A stretch of DNA of 64,000 bases from Lachnospiraceae bacterium (GCA_024685495.1 JAIKVT010000076.1:37899-101898), one strand, 5' to 3'. Shown: positions 38,478 through 46,404, numbered from the stretch's first letter. The notes: a model not told the origin generated them from the letters alone. Numbers and translations: made by a program.

Positions 38478-38539
38478 CACATATAATTAGTTAGCGCATA
38501 TAATTAGTTAGCACATATAATTAGTTAGCAAACTTAATT
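38472..38539 (+). repeat. Four tandem copies (last diverged) of a 17-nt unit spanning the polC stop codon
   Basis: AGTTAGCACATATAATT / AGTTAGCGCATATAATT / AGTTAGCACATATAATT / AGTTAGCAAACTTAATT. The polC TAG (38475-38477) lies in unit 1. Confidence 0.95.
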
Positions 38540-38578
38540 TGATAAATTAGAAGTATAATATCTCTGAAAGGTTTAGAC

Positions 38579-39850
38579 ATGAATATTGATAAATTATTGT
38601 TATATAAAGTTGATGAGAATTCGACATTATACAGATTTGCGGCTTTAATTGAAAAAGCTAAAAATCATGAAGTGGATTCAAAAGAATGCTACGACCTATT
38701 GTCAAAGCTGATTAATTTTGGTTTAGAGCATGGGTTTTATGATAATCTGTGGCATTGTTATATAACTTACATCATGGTATATAACGAGAATTCTTACAGT
38801 ATGAACTGTGAGATGAAGGGCATGGGTAAAGGCACGCTTGAATCAATCGCAGATCATGATTTTGAGATTTTAAAAGAATTATTTGATTTTGATATCAATG
38901 ATTTTGGAATTGACATGGATATGGATTCCATACTTGAGTTTTCTAATGATAATTTGAAAGGCAGAGTATTTAACAAAAGAATCAGTGATAATATTTGCGA
39001 GTTATCAAATAATTTGGAGAAATGTGACAGTGTAGCAGAGTTTAAAGATCAGGTTGTAGATTTTTATAAGCGTTTCGGTGTTGGAATTTTAGGACTTCAT
39101 AAAGCATTCAGATTAAGTGATGATGGTGAAATTACGCCGATTACGGGAATTGCACATGTGTCTTTAGATGACTTGTGCGGATACGAGAACCAGAAGAAAA
39201 AATTAATGGATAATACCAATGCTTTTGTTGCAGGCAGAAAGGCTAATAATTGTCTTTTATACGGTGATGCCGGTACCGGTAAATCAACAAGTATTAAGGC
39301 TATCGCCAATATGTATTATGATAAAGGCGTTCGCATTATAGAAATCTATAAGCATCAATTTAAGTATATTAATAAAATCATTTCCAAAATAAAAAACAGA
39401 AACTATTATTTTATTTTGTATATGGATGATTTATCATTTGAAGAATTTGAAATAGAATATAAATATCTCAAAGCTGTTATTGAAGGCGGTCTTGAGAAAA
39501 AACCATCTAACATATTAATTTATGCAACATCTAACAGGCGTCATCTTATAAGAGAAAGCTTCAAGGACAATACTGAAGTTAACGATCTTCATAAGAGTGA
39601 TACTAAGCAGGAGAAACTTTCGCTTGCAGACAGATTTGGTGTAACAATTTATTATGGTGCACCGACACCTAAAGAGTTTAAGCAAATCGTGTTGGCATTA
39701 AGAGACAATAATAATATAGATATGGATGATGATGAAATCTTACTTGAAGCGAACAAATGGGAATTACATCATAATGGCTTGTCCGGAAGAACGGCGCAGC
39801 AATTCATAGATTATTTGCTTGGATTTAATGATTTAAACGAAAGGAATTAA
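38579..39850 (+). CDS. P-loop ATPase (DUF815-like AAA+ family)
   Basis: Walker A GDAGTGKST and Walker B-like YFILYMDDLSF. The ~420-aa architecture matches DUF815-type ATP-binding proteins from memory. Confidence 0.65.
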   Translation: MNIDKLLLYKVDENSTLYRFAALIEKAKNHEVDSKECYDLLSKLINFGLEHGFYDNLWHCYITYIMVYNENSYSMNCEMKGMGKGTLESIADHDFEILKELFDFDINDFGIDMDMDSILEFSNDNLKGRVFNKRISDNICELSNNLEKCDSVAEFKDQVVDFYKRFGVGILGLHKAFRLSDDGEITPITGIAHVSLDDLCGYENQKKKLMDNTNAFVAGRKANNCLLYGDAGTGKSTSIKAIANMYYDKGVRIIEIYKHQFKYINKIISKIKNRNYYFILYMDDLSFEEFEIEYKYLKAVIEGGLEKKPSNILIYATSNRRHLIRESFKDNTEVNDLHKSDTKQEKLSLADRFGVTIYYGAPTPKEFKQIVLALRDNNNIDMDDDEILLEANKWELHHNGLSGRTAQQFIDYLLGFNDLNERN

Positions 39851-39851
39851 A

Positions 39852-40667
39852 ATGAGTACCGATAGAAAGATATTATTTACGGATTTAGACGAGACACTTC
39901 TTACAACCGATAAAAAGATTTGTTCTGAAAATGTTAAAGCAATAAGGAAGATGGTTGAAGCCGGACATATATTTGCAATTAATACGGGCAGACCTTATAA
40001 CGCTGCGGCTAAATTAACAAAAGATTTAAACTTAGGAAAGAATTGCTATATACTTTCTTTTCATGGTACTAATGTCTATGATTGTTATCAGAATAAAGTT
40101 ATTAATGCTAATTATTTGCATACAGAAAAAGCAATAAAAATTCTAAAAGATATTGATAAAGAGGGCATTCATTCACAGACATTTACATTTGATGGTATAT
40201 ATACTACATGTGATGATGACATTATGGTTGAGTATAATAAATATACATTTGAACCTGTTAACTTTGTCAATGATTATGATGAAATAAAAGAAAAGAAGCT
40301 ATATAAGGTTATGGCAATTGATTTTAATGACCATGACAGATTAGATGCTTTTCAAAATAAATATATAGATGAGACACAAACTGATTTTAATACATTTTTC
40401 TCTTGCCCTGAGTATCTTGAATATACTTTAAAAGGTGCTGATAAGGGAGATGGTGTAAAATTCTTGGCAGGTCACCTTGGTATATCAATTGATAATACCG
40501 TGGCAGTAGGGGACGAGGGCAATGATATGCCTATGATTAAAGCTGCCGGAGTTGGTGTATGTATGAATAACGGATTTTTTAAAGTAAAAGATATAGCGGA
40601 CTATGTTACAGAGAATGATAATAATAACGGAGGAATTGCTGAAGTTATACACAAATTCATACTTTAA
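39852..40667 (+). CDS. Cof-type HAD-IIB phosphatase
   Basis: Motif I FTDLDETLL and motif IV GDEGNDMPM. 271 aa. Confidence 0.88.
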   Translation: MSTDRKILFTDLDETLLTTDKKICSENVKAIRKMVEAGHIFAINTGRPYNAAAKLTKDLNLGKNCYILSFHGTNVYDCYQNKVINANYLHTEKAIKILKDIDKEGIHSQTFTFDGIYTTCDDDIMVEYNKYTFEPVNFVNDYDEIKEKKLYKVMAIDFNDHDRLDAFQNKYIDETQTDFNTFFSCPEYLEYTLKGADKGDGVKFLAGHLGISIDNTVAVGDEGNDMPMIKAAGVGVCMNNGFFKVKDIADYVTENDNNNGGIAEVIHKFIL

Positions 40668-40731
40668 CAACTAAATAGTCCACAAAATGTGTGCAATTTT
40701 AGAAAAACACACAATATATTGTGGATAAGTG

Positions 40732-40760
40732 TTGACAACATATTAGAAAGATGTTAGTAT
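40732..40760 (+). promoter_or_regulatory. Near-consensus sigma-A promoter of the orphan RNA unit
   Basis: TTGACA (40732-40737), 17-nt spacer, extended -10 TGtTAGTAT (40752-40760). Confidence 0.7.
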
Positions 40761-40766
40761 GATAGT

Positions 40767-41113
40767 GAGCAACGGATTTGCTCGGGAACTTATTCAATTT
40801 AATATGCACCAAGGAGGGGATCAATATGGTTGAGATGAATTTCCGTGTATCAGAAATTTTTCACAGCTCCGATTCTGATGATTCCCGAAGACATGCTGTC
40901 GATAACCGTAAACCTCTTCAGCGGGACAGTTCGTCAGAATTCGGAAGCATATTCAAAGCTGCTTGTGACGAGGTTAACTCCCAAGCAAGTAACACACACC
41001 AAAATAGGGGTTATGTCCCTAAAGTCAGTGCATCGTGGCAACCGACTGTACTGATTAAGTAGAATTAAGTTTCGACTATGGAAAGGATCGCTTAAGCGGT
41101 CCTTTTCTATTTG
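40767..41113 (+). ncRNA. Candidate ~345-nt structured ncRNA of unassigned class (possibly dual-function; contains a 78-codon ORF 40826-41062)
   Basis: Own promoter and strong terminator. Locally elevated G+C with two overlapping open frames. Several nested long-range complementarities that bring the 5' and 3' ends together. No hallmark motifs of RNase P, tmRNA, SRP or 6S. Confidence 0.5.
41080..41113 (+). terminator. Intrinsic terminator of the orphan RNA unit
   Basis: 12-bp stem GGAAAGGATCGC / GCGGTCCTTTTC with loop TTAA, followed by TATTT. Confidence 0.8.
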
Positions 41114-41177
41114 GTAAATGTTGTGCTATATGTATTGACTATGGTATTATTGATTAGAAGTTATATATAATATTTTT

Positions 41178-41879
41178 ATGGGGAAGGGTATGAAGTATAT
41201 AAAGACTGGTAAGTTTATTGTTTCTTGTCTGATAATTTTAAGTATCGGACTTCTTTTATGTTCTTGTAGTAAAAAATCTAATACGCCTGATTATAATCTC
41301 GAATATAATATGAATAAGTTTAGTAAAGTTGATACAAACTATATCAGAAATACCGGCTTATTTATCAAGAACTTTGAAATAACAATCCCTGCTACAGTAA
41401 AAGATTTGCCTATTAATTCTACAGGAGAGTATTATTTTCAATTTGATAAAGAAGATTTTTTTACAAATGATACGAAAATAAAGCCATATCAGGAATTTTT
41501 CTTTAGCGGCAATGCCTCGATTGATTTATCATCATTAGATAAGCTTGGAACATATTATGCTTACAACAATACTGATAAAGATAATCCGGCCAAATTCTGT
41601 GTAGTCTACGCCGTTAGTATCAATACAAGACATTTATATGATGACAGATTCATTATTATAGGTGAAGACAGAATAATTAATATGAATCATTATGAAGAAA
41701 TCTGTGATATTTTTAAGAAAAATGTTGCTAATAAAGATTTATATATTGAGAATATATCGCGTAATAATACAATATATTCTGTATATGAATATCAGGATAT
41801 TTTATACGAAGTAGCTAAAGTTGATGATCAAACAACTATTACTATGAGAGTTGATAAAGATATATCCGATTGGAAGTAG
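41178..41879 (+). CDS. Hypothetical lipoprotein
   Basis: Signal peptide with a lipobox-like LLLCSC, then an Asn/Tyr-rich soluble domain. The start may be the ATG at 41190 (MKYIKTGKF). No family recognised. Confidence 0.7.
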   Translation: MGKGMKYIKTGKFIVSCLIILSIGLLLCSCSKKSNTPDYNLEYNMNKFSKVDTNYIRNTGLFIKNFEITIPATVKDLPINSTGEYYFQFDKEDFFTNDTKIKPYQEFFFSGNASIDLSSLDKLGTYYAYNNTDKDNPAKFCVVYAVSINTRHLYDDRFIIIGEDRIINMNHYEEICDIFKKNVANKDLYIENISRNNTIYSVYEYQDILYEVAKVDDQTTITMRVDKDISDWK

Positions 41880-41958
41880 ATGTACGCAAAGCACTTTAAT
41901 TACCGGCAAATTAAAAAAGGCAATAATTTGCTGAATGTAATTTCCTGGCAATAATTTG

Positions 41959-42124
41959 TTGACAATATATATCAGATTATGATATATTACAGTAGTTGTA
42001 AAACAAAGAAGAGTATCCACTCTCACCTAAGCGCATTCAGGCGACTTAGTGTTAATATTTCAAAACAATTATTTTTGTGTTGATTTAAGTGGATGATCTT
42101 TTTTCGTCCACTTGTTTTATTTTA
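41959..42124 (+). promoter_or_regulatory. infC operon promoter plus candidate L20-type ribosomal leader/attenuator
   Basis: TTGACA (41959-41964) and extended -10 TGaTATATT (41980-41988). The ~130-nt leader ends in terminator hairpin AAGTGGA/TCCACTT (42087-42113) plus a T-run just before the infC RBS. This layout matches the Firmicutes L20 leader upstream of infC-rpmI-rplT. Confidence 0.6.
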
Positions 42125-42139
42125 TGGAGGTACGGAGTC

Positions 42140-42646
42140 ATTAGTAATATACAAATCAATGAACAAATCAGAGACAAAGAGGTTCGTCTTATTAACGAAG
42201 ATGGCGAAATGATTGGTATTATGTCTTCAAGAGAAGCAATGAGGCTTGCTGATGAAGCAAATCTTGATCTTGTTAAGATTTCTCCTAAGGCTAAACCGCC
42301 CGTATGTAAAATTATTGATTACGGAAAATATCGTTATGAGATGTCTCGCAAAGAAAAAGAAGCTAAGAAGAAACAGAAGACATTTGAGATTAAAGAGATA
42401 AGAATGTCTCCGAATATTGAGGCTAATGATCTGAATACTAAAATGAATGCGGCAAGAAAATTCATAGCCAAAGGTAACAAAGTTAAAGTTACACTTAGAT
42501 TCCGTGGACGTGAGATGGCACACATACAGGAGAGCAAACATATCTTATATGATTTTGCTGAAAATATGTCTGATGTTGCCGTTGTGGAGAAAGAACCAAA
42601 GCAAGAAGGAAGAACATTAAGTCTGGTTCTTGCAGAAAAGAAATAG
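42140..42646 (+). CDS. infC: Translation initiation factor IF-3 (non-canonical ATT start)
   Basis: [52 protein letters not shown] at 42140 lies 9 nt after GGAGG (42126-42130). The GTG at 42089 lies inside the attenuator hairpin. Confidence 0.9.
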   Translation: MSNIQINEQIRDKEVRLINEDGEMIGIMSSREAMRLADEANLDLVKISPKAKPPVCKIIDYGKYRYEMSRKEKEAKKKQKTFEIKEIRMSPNIEANDLNTKMNAARKFIAKGNKVKVTLRFRGREMAHIQESKHILYDFAENMSDVAVVEKEPKQEGRTLSLVLAEKK

Positions 42647-42657
42647 GAGGAAAGAAA

Positions 42658-42855
42658 ATGCCAAAAATTAAGACAAATAGAGCAGCTGCAAAGCGCTTTA
42701 AAAAAACAGGAACAGGAAAGCTTAAGAGAAATAAGGCTTACAAGTCTCACATTTTAACAAAGAAGACTACTAAGAGAAAAAGAAATCTTCGTAAGTCAGC
42801 TATTATTGATGCTTCAAATGAAAAGAATATGAAGAAAGTATTACCATATCTGTAA
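42658..42855 (+). CDS. rpmI: 50S ribosomal protein L35
   Basis: [24 protein letters not shown]. 65 aa. Confidence 0.97.
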   Translation: MPKIKTNRAAAKRFKKTGTGKLKRNKAYKSHILTKKTTKRKRNLRKSAIIDASNEKNMKKVLPYL

Positions 42856-42923
42856 GATTTTTGACAGATATATTGAAGGCAATAATGATTATTTGGTAAT
42901 ACTTATTTAAGGAGGATATTAAA

Positions 42924-43280
42924 ATGGCTAGAGTTAAAGGCGGAATGAACGCCAAAAGTAAACATAATAAAGTACTTAAGATGGCAAAAGGCTACAGAGG
43001 AGCAAGATCTAAGCAATATCGTGTTGCAAAGCAATCTGTTATGAGAGCATTAGCATCATCTTATGCAGGACGTAAGCAGAGAAAACGTCAGATGAGACAG
43101 CTTTGGATCGCAAGAATTAATGCTGCTGCAAGAATGAACGGTCTTAGCTATTCTAAGTTTATGTACGGTCTTAAGCTTGCAGATGTTACAATGAATCGTA
43201 AGATGTTAGCTGAGATGGCTGTTAACGATGCTGAAGGCTTTGCATCACTTGTTGAACTCGCAAAATCTAAGATTGCATAA
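42924..43280 (+). CDS. rplT: 50S ribosomal protein L20
   Basis: [29 protein letters not shown]. 118 aa. Confidence 0.97.
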   Translation: MARVKGGMNAKSKHNKVLKMAKGYRGARSKQYRVAKQSVMRALASSYAGRKQRKRQMRQLWIARINAAARMNGLSYSKFMYGLKLADVTMNRKMLAEMAVNDAEGFASLVELAKSKIA

Positions 43281-43334
43281 TTTTAATCTTAGACAGAAGG
43301 TTTATAGACACATAATAATGATAGGAGGGGTTTT

Positions 43335-44351
43335 ATGGCAGTATTAGTTACAGGTGGAACAGGTTATATCGGAAGTCATACGGTAGTCGAATTACAAAAT
43401 GCCGGATATGATGTTGTGGTTTTAGATAATTTATCTAATTCCAGTCCTAAGTCTTTAGACAGAGTTAAAGCTATAACCGGTAAAGATGTTACTTTCTATG
43501 AAGGTGATATCAGAGACAGAAAGATTTTAGAGAAAATCTTTGATAATGAATCTATTGATTCATGTATACATTTTGCCGGATTAAAAGCTGTCGGAGAATC
43601 CGTTGAAAAGCCCTGGGAATACTATGACAATAACATCACAGGAACACTCACATTAGTTGATGAGATGAGAAAACATAATGTTAAAAATATTATTTTCTCA
43701 AGTTCTGCAACAGTTTATGGTGATCCTGCTGAGATTCCCATTACAGAAAATTGCCCTAAGGGTCAATGTACCAATCCATATGGTTGGACTAAATCTATGT
43801 TAGAGCAGATTTTATCTGATATGTATAAGGCTGATAATGAATGGAATGTAGTTTTACTTCGTTACTTTAATCCTATCGGAGCACATAAATCGGGTACTAT
43901 GGGTGAAAATCCTAACGGAATCCCTAATAATCTTATGCCATACATTACTCAGGTTGCTGTTGGTAAGAGAGAAGAGCTAGGTGTATTTGGAAATGATTAT
44001 GACACACCTGACGGTACCGGTGTCAGAGATTATATTCATGTAGTTGATTTGGCAGACGGACATGTTAAAGCTCTTAAGAAGATAGAAGAGAATGCAGGCC
44101 TTTGCATCTATAATCTCGGAACGGGAACAGGTTATTCTGTACTTGATATCGTTAAGAACTTTGAAGAAGCTAACGATCTTAAGATTCCTTATTCTATTAA
44201 GCCACGTCGTGCCGGCGATATTGCAACATGTTATGCAGATCCGGCTAAAGCTAAAGCTGAACTTGGATGGGAAGCTAAGAATGGCATTAAAGAAATGTGT
44301 GCAGATTCTTGGAGATGGCAAAAAAATAACCCAAATGGTTATGATGATTAG
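43335..44351 (+). CDS. galE: UDP-glucose 4-epimerase
   Basis: [11 protein letters not shown] Rossmann motif and the SDR catalytic YGWTK (YxxxK). 338 aa. Confidence 0.93.
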   Translation: MAVLVTGGTGYIGSHTVVELQNAGYDVVVLDNLSNSSPKSLDRVKAITGKDVTFYEGDIRDRKILEKIFDNESIDSCIHFAGLKAVGESVEKPWEYYDNNITGTLTLVDEMRKHNVKNIIFSSSATVYGDPAEIPITENCPKGQCTNPYGWTKSMLEQILSDMYKADNEWNVVLLRYFNPIGAHKSGTMGENPNGIPNNLMPYITQVAVGKREELGVFGNDYDTPDGTGVRDYIHVVDLADGHVKALKKIEENAGLCIYNLGTGTGYSVLDIVKNFEEANDLKIPYSIKPRRAGDIATCYADPAKAKAELGWEAKNGIKEMCADSWRWQKNNPNGYDD

Positions 44352-44369
44352 TCTTTAGTTAAAAAACAC

Positions 44370-44398
44370 TTGCAATTCGAATCATTTTAGTATATTAT
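44370..44398 (+). promoter_or_regulatory. Sigma-A-type promoter for the stand-alone tRNA
   Basis: TTGCAA (44370-44375), 17-nt spacer, TATTAT (44393-44398). Confidence 0.55.
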
Positions 44399-44461
44399 AC
44401 TATTTGTTGTGACAATAATGATTATTGTTACAGTTAAGTAATCTTTTATGATTACAGCCAT

Positions 44462-44533
44462 GGTTCGTTGGTCAAGTGGTTAAGACGCTGCCCTCTCACG
44501 GCAGAATCAGGGGTTCGACTCCCCTACGAACTG
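44462..44533 (+). tRNA. tRNA-Glu (anticodon CUC)
   Basis: Cloverleaf read by eye. Acceptor GGTTCGT/ACGAACT with G1-U72. D arm GTC-AAGTGGTTAA-GAC. Anticodon stem CTGCC/GGCAG with loop CT-CTC-AC. T arm AGGGG-TTCGACT-CCCCT. CCA not encoded. Confidence 0.85.
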
Positions 44534-44555
44534 TTTACATAAAGAATTACTTGAT

Positions 44556-44588
44556 GAAGAGCAAGGTTACTTGCTCTTCATTATTTAT
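44556..44588 (+). terminator. Intrinsic terminator after tRNA-Glu
   Basis: GAAGAGCAAG / CTTGCTCTTC 10-bp stem with loop GTTA, followed by ATTATTTAT. Confidence 0.75.
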
Positions 44589-44651
44589 GTAAAAAGAATA
44601 TTTTTTATTGATAATTGTTTAAATGAACATTTTAATTATTAAGGGAAATGT

Positions 44652-45116
44652 ATGTCAAAAAGAGAGAACTATGAAAAGAAAACAGAAGAATTAATACTTC
44701 CTATTCTCGATGAAATGGGATTCGAGTTGGTTGATATTGAATATGTTAAGGAAGGGCAAGACTATTTTCTGAGAGCATATATCGATAAACCGGGTGGTAT
44801 TACAATTGATGATTGTGTAGATGTATCGCGTAAGATGAACGAACTTTTAGATGAACATGATTATATAGATGATCAATATATATTTGAGGTCAGTTCACCG
44901 GGTCTAGACAGACCACTGAAAAAAGATAAAGATTTTGAACGTAATCTAGGTAAAATGATTGAAGTTCACACATTTAAAAAGATAAATAATGAAAAAAATT
45001 TTGTGGGCGAACTTGTTTCATATGATGACAATTCATTTACCGTTAACATAGATGAAGAAGAAATGGTGTTTAATAAGAAAGAAGTTTCATTAGTAAAATT
45101 ATATTTTGAATTTTAA
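44652..45116 (+). CDS. rimP: Ribosome maturation factor RimP
   Basis: 154 aa (FELVDIEYVKEG...YFLRAYIDKPGGITIDDC...EVSSPGLDRPL), located upstream of nusA. Confidence 0.94.
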   Translation: MSKRENYEKKTEELILPILDEMGFELVDIEYVKEGQDYFLRAYIDKPGGITIDDCVDVSRKMNELLDEHDYIDDQYIFEVSSPGLDRPLKKDKDFERNLGKMIEVHTFKKINNEKNFVGELVSYDDNSFTVNIDEEEMVFNKKEVSLVKLYFEF

Positions 45117-45135
45117 AATTTTCTAGGAGGGAATT

Positions 45136-46404
45136 ATGGACGTTAAAGTTTTAATTGAAGCTTTAGAAGGATTAGAAGAAAAGGGTATTACTAAAGATGT
45201 TGTTTTTGATGCAATGGAAGAAGCTCTTTTAAATGCATGTAAACAGCATTACGGTGCTAAAGAGAATTTTACTGTTTTTATTGATAGAGATAAAATAGAA
45301 TGCCGTATTATTCAATCTCGAGAAGTTGTTGAGGAAGTTGATAATCCTGTAAGCCAAATATCGTTACAGGATGCTCAGTTAATTGATAAGGTTTTTAAAG
45401 TTGGAGATACTGTTAATACTGAAATTGACACAAAAGATTTTAGCAGAATTGCTGCAACTATCGCAAAGGGTACGATTACACAGAAGCTTCGTGAAGTAGA
45501 GAAGCAAAATATTTATAACGAATTCAGTGAGCTTAACAAGACTGTTGTTACAGGAATTGTTCAAAGGTTCTCTAATAGAAATATTTGTATAGATCTTGGT
45601 AAAGTTGATGCATTTTTATCTGAGAAAGAGCAGGTTAAAGGTGAGCATTACAGACAGTCTGATAGAATTAAAGTATTTATCGTTAAGGTAGATAATAACA
45701 ATAAGGGCGTTAAGGTTAGCGTATCGAGAACACATCCTGACCTTGTAAAAGGTTTGTTTAGTGAAGAGGTTTCCGAGATAAAAGACGGAATTGTTGAAAT
45801 TAAGAATGTTGCAAGAGAGCCGGGTAGCAGAACTAAGATTAGTGTTTATTCTGCTGATGAAAATGTTGATCCCGTCGGTGCTTGCGTAGGTGTTAACGGA
45901 ACTCGTGTTAATGCCATTGTTGATGAATTAAACGGTGAGAAAATAGATATTATAAATTGGAGCGAGAATCCCGCACAATTAATTGAAAACGCGTTAAGTC
46001 CTGCAAAAGTTATTGGTGTTATAGCTGATGAAGACGAAAAGACAGCTCAGGTAATTGTGCCTGATTATCAATTGTCACTTGCTATCGGTAAATCAGGTCA
46101 GAATGCAAGACTTGCAGCAAGACTTACAAATTATAAGATAGATATAAAGAGTGAGACACAAGCTCGTGAGTCCGGAGAGTTTGATGAATACTTCGGCGAA
46201 GATGATTATTACTATGATGATGAATATTATGGTGATGATGAAGGCTATTATGAAGAAGATTATGATGAAGAGTATTTAGAAGACGCAGATGATTCTATAT
46301 ATAATGAAGAAACAGAGTCTGAAGAATATGATGATACATCTGAAGAGGTTTCTCCTATAGAAGAAGATTCTTCTGAAGATGAAGGAACAAAGGATGATGA
46401 ATAA
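45136..46404 (+). CDS. nusA: Transcription termination/antitermination factor NusA (acidic Tyr-rich C-terminal tail)
   Basis: S1 and two KH domains (GACVGVNGTRV..., LAIGKSGQNARLAARLT). C-terminal ~75 aa D/E/Y-rich tail. Confidence 0.96.
   Translation: MDVKVLIEALEGLEEKGITKDVVFDAMEEALLNACKQHYGAKENFTVFIDRDKIECRIIQSREVVEEVDNPVSQISLQDAQLIDKVFKVGDTVNTEIDTKDFSRIAATIAKGTITQKLREVEKQNIYNEFSELNKTVVTGIVQRFSNRNICIDLGKVDAFLSEKEQVKGEHYRQSDRIKVFIVKVDNNNKGVKVSVSRTHPDLVKGLFSEEVSEIKDGIVEIKNVAREPGSRTKISVYSADENVDPVGACVGVNGTRVNAIVDELNGEKIDIINWSENPAQLIENALSPAKVIGVIADEDEKTAQVIVPDYQLSLAIGKSGQNARLAARLTNYKIDIKSETQARESGEFDEYFGEDDYYYDDEYYGDDEGYYEEDYDEEYLEDADDSIYNEETESEEYDDTSEEVSPIEEDSSEDEGTKDDE

Noticed and set aside
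40767-41113. Assigning the orphan RNA unit to RNase P RNA, tmRNA, SRP RNA, 6S RNA or a riboswitch
   Set aside because: It has short resemblances to RNase P J11/12-like strings (CCGUAAACC, CAAAAUAGGGGUU) and to the SRP GUCAG..CGGAAG. It lacks the obligatory GAGGAAAGUCC/ACAGAA P4 elements. It also lacks a tRNA-like acceptor/T-arm end and tag ORF, and the GGAA-tetraloop/AGCA helix-8 motif. There is no downstream gene in riboswitch position before its terminator. It is left unassigned rather than forced into a family.
42089-42139. GTG start at 42089 for infC
   Set aside because: This codon lies inside the leader terminator hairpin and has no SD. The added residues (MDDLFSSTCFILWRYGV) are not IF-3-like. 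The ATT at 42140 with an upstream GGAGG fits known IF-3 start-codon biology.
42846-42871. 8-bp hairpin ATATCTGT/ACAGATAT spanning the rpmI stop codon, considered as a terminator or internal promoter (TTGACA at 42861)
   Set aside because: No U-tract follows, and rplT must be co-transcribed for L20 feedback. The TTGACA has no acceptable -10 at 16-18 nt. It is kept only as a possible mRNA structure.
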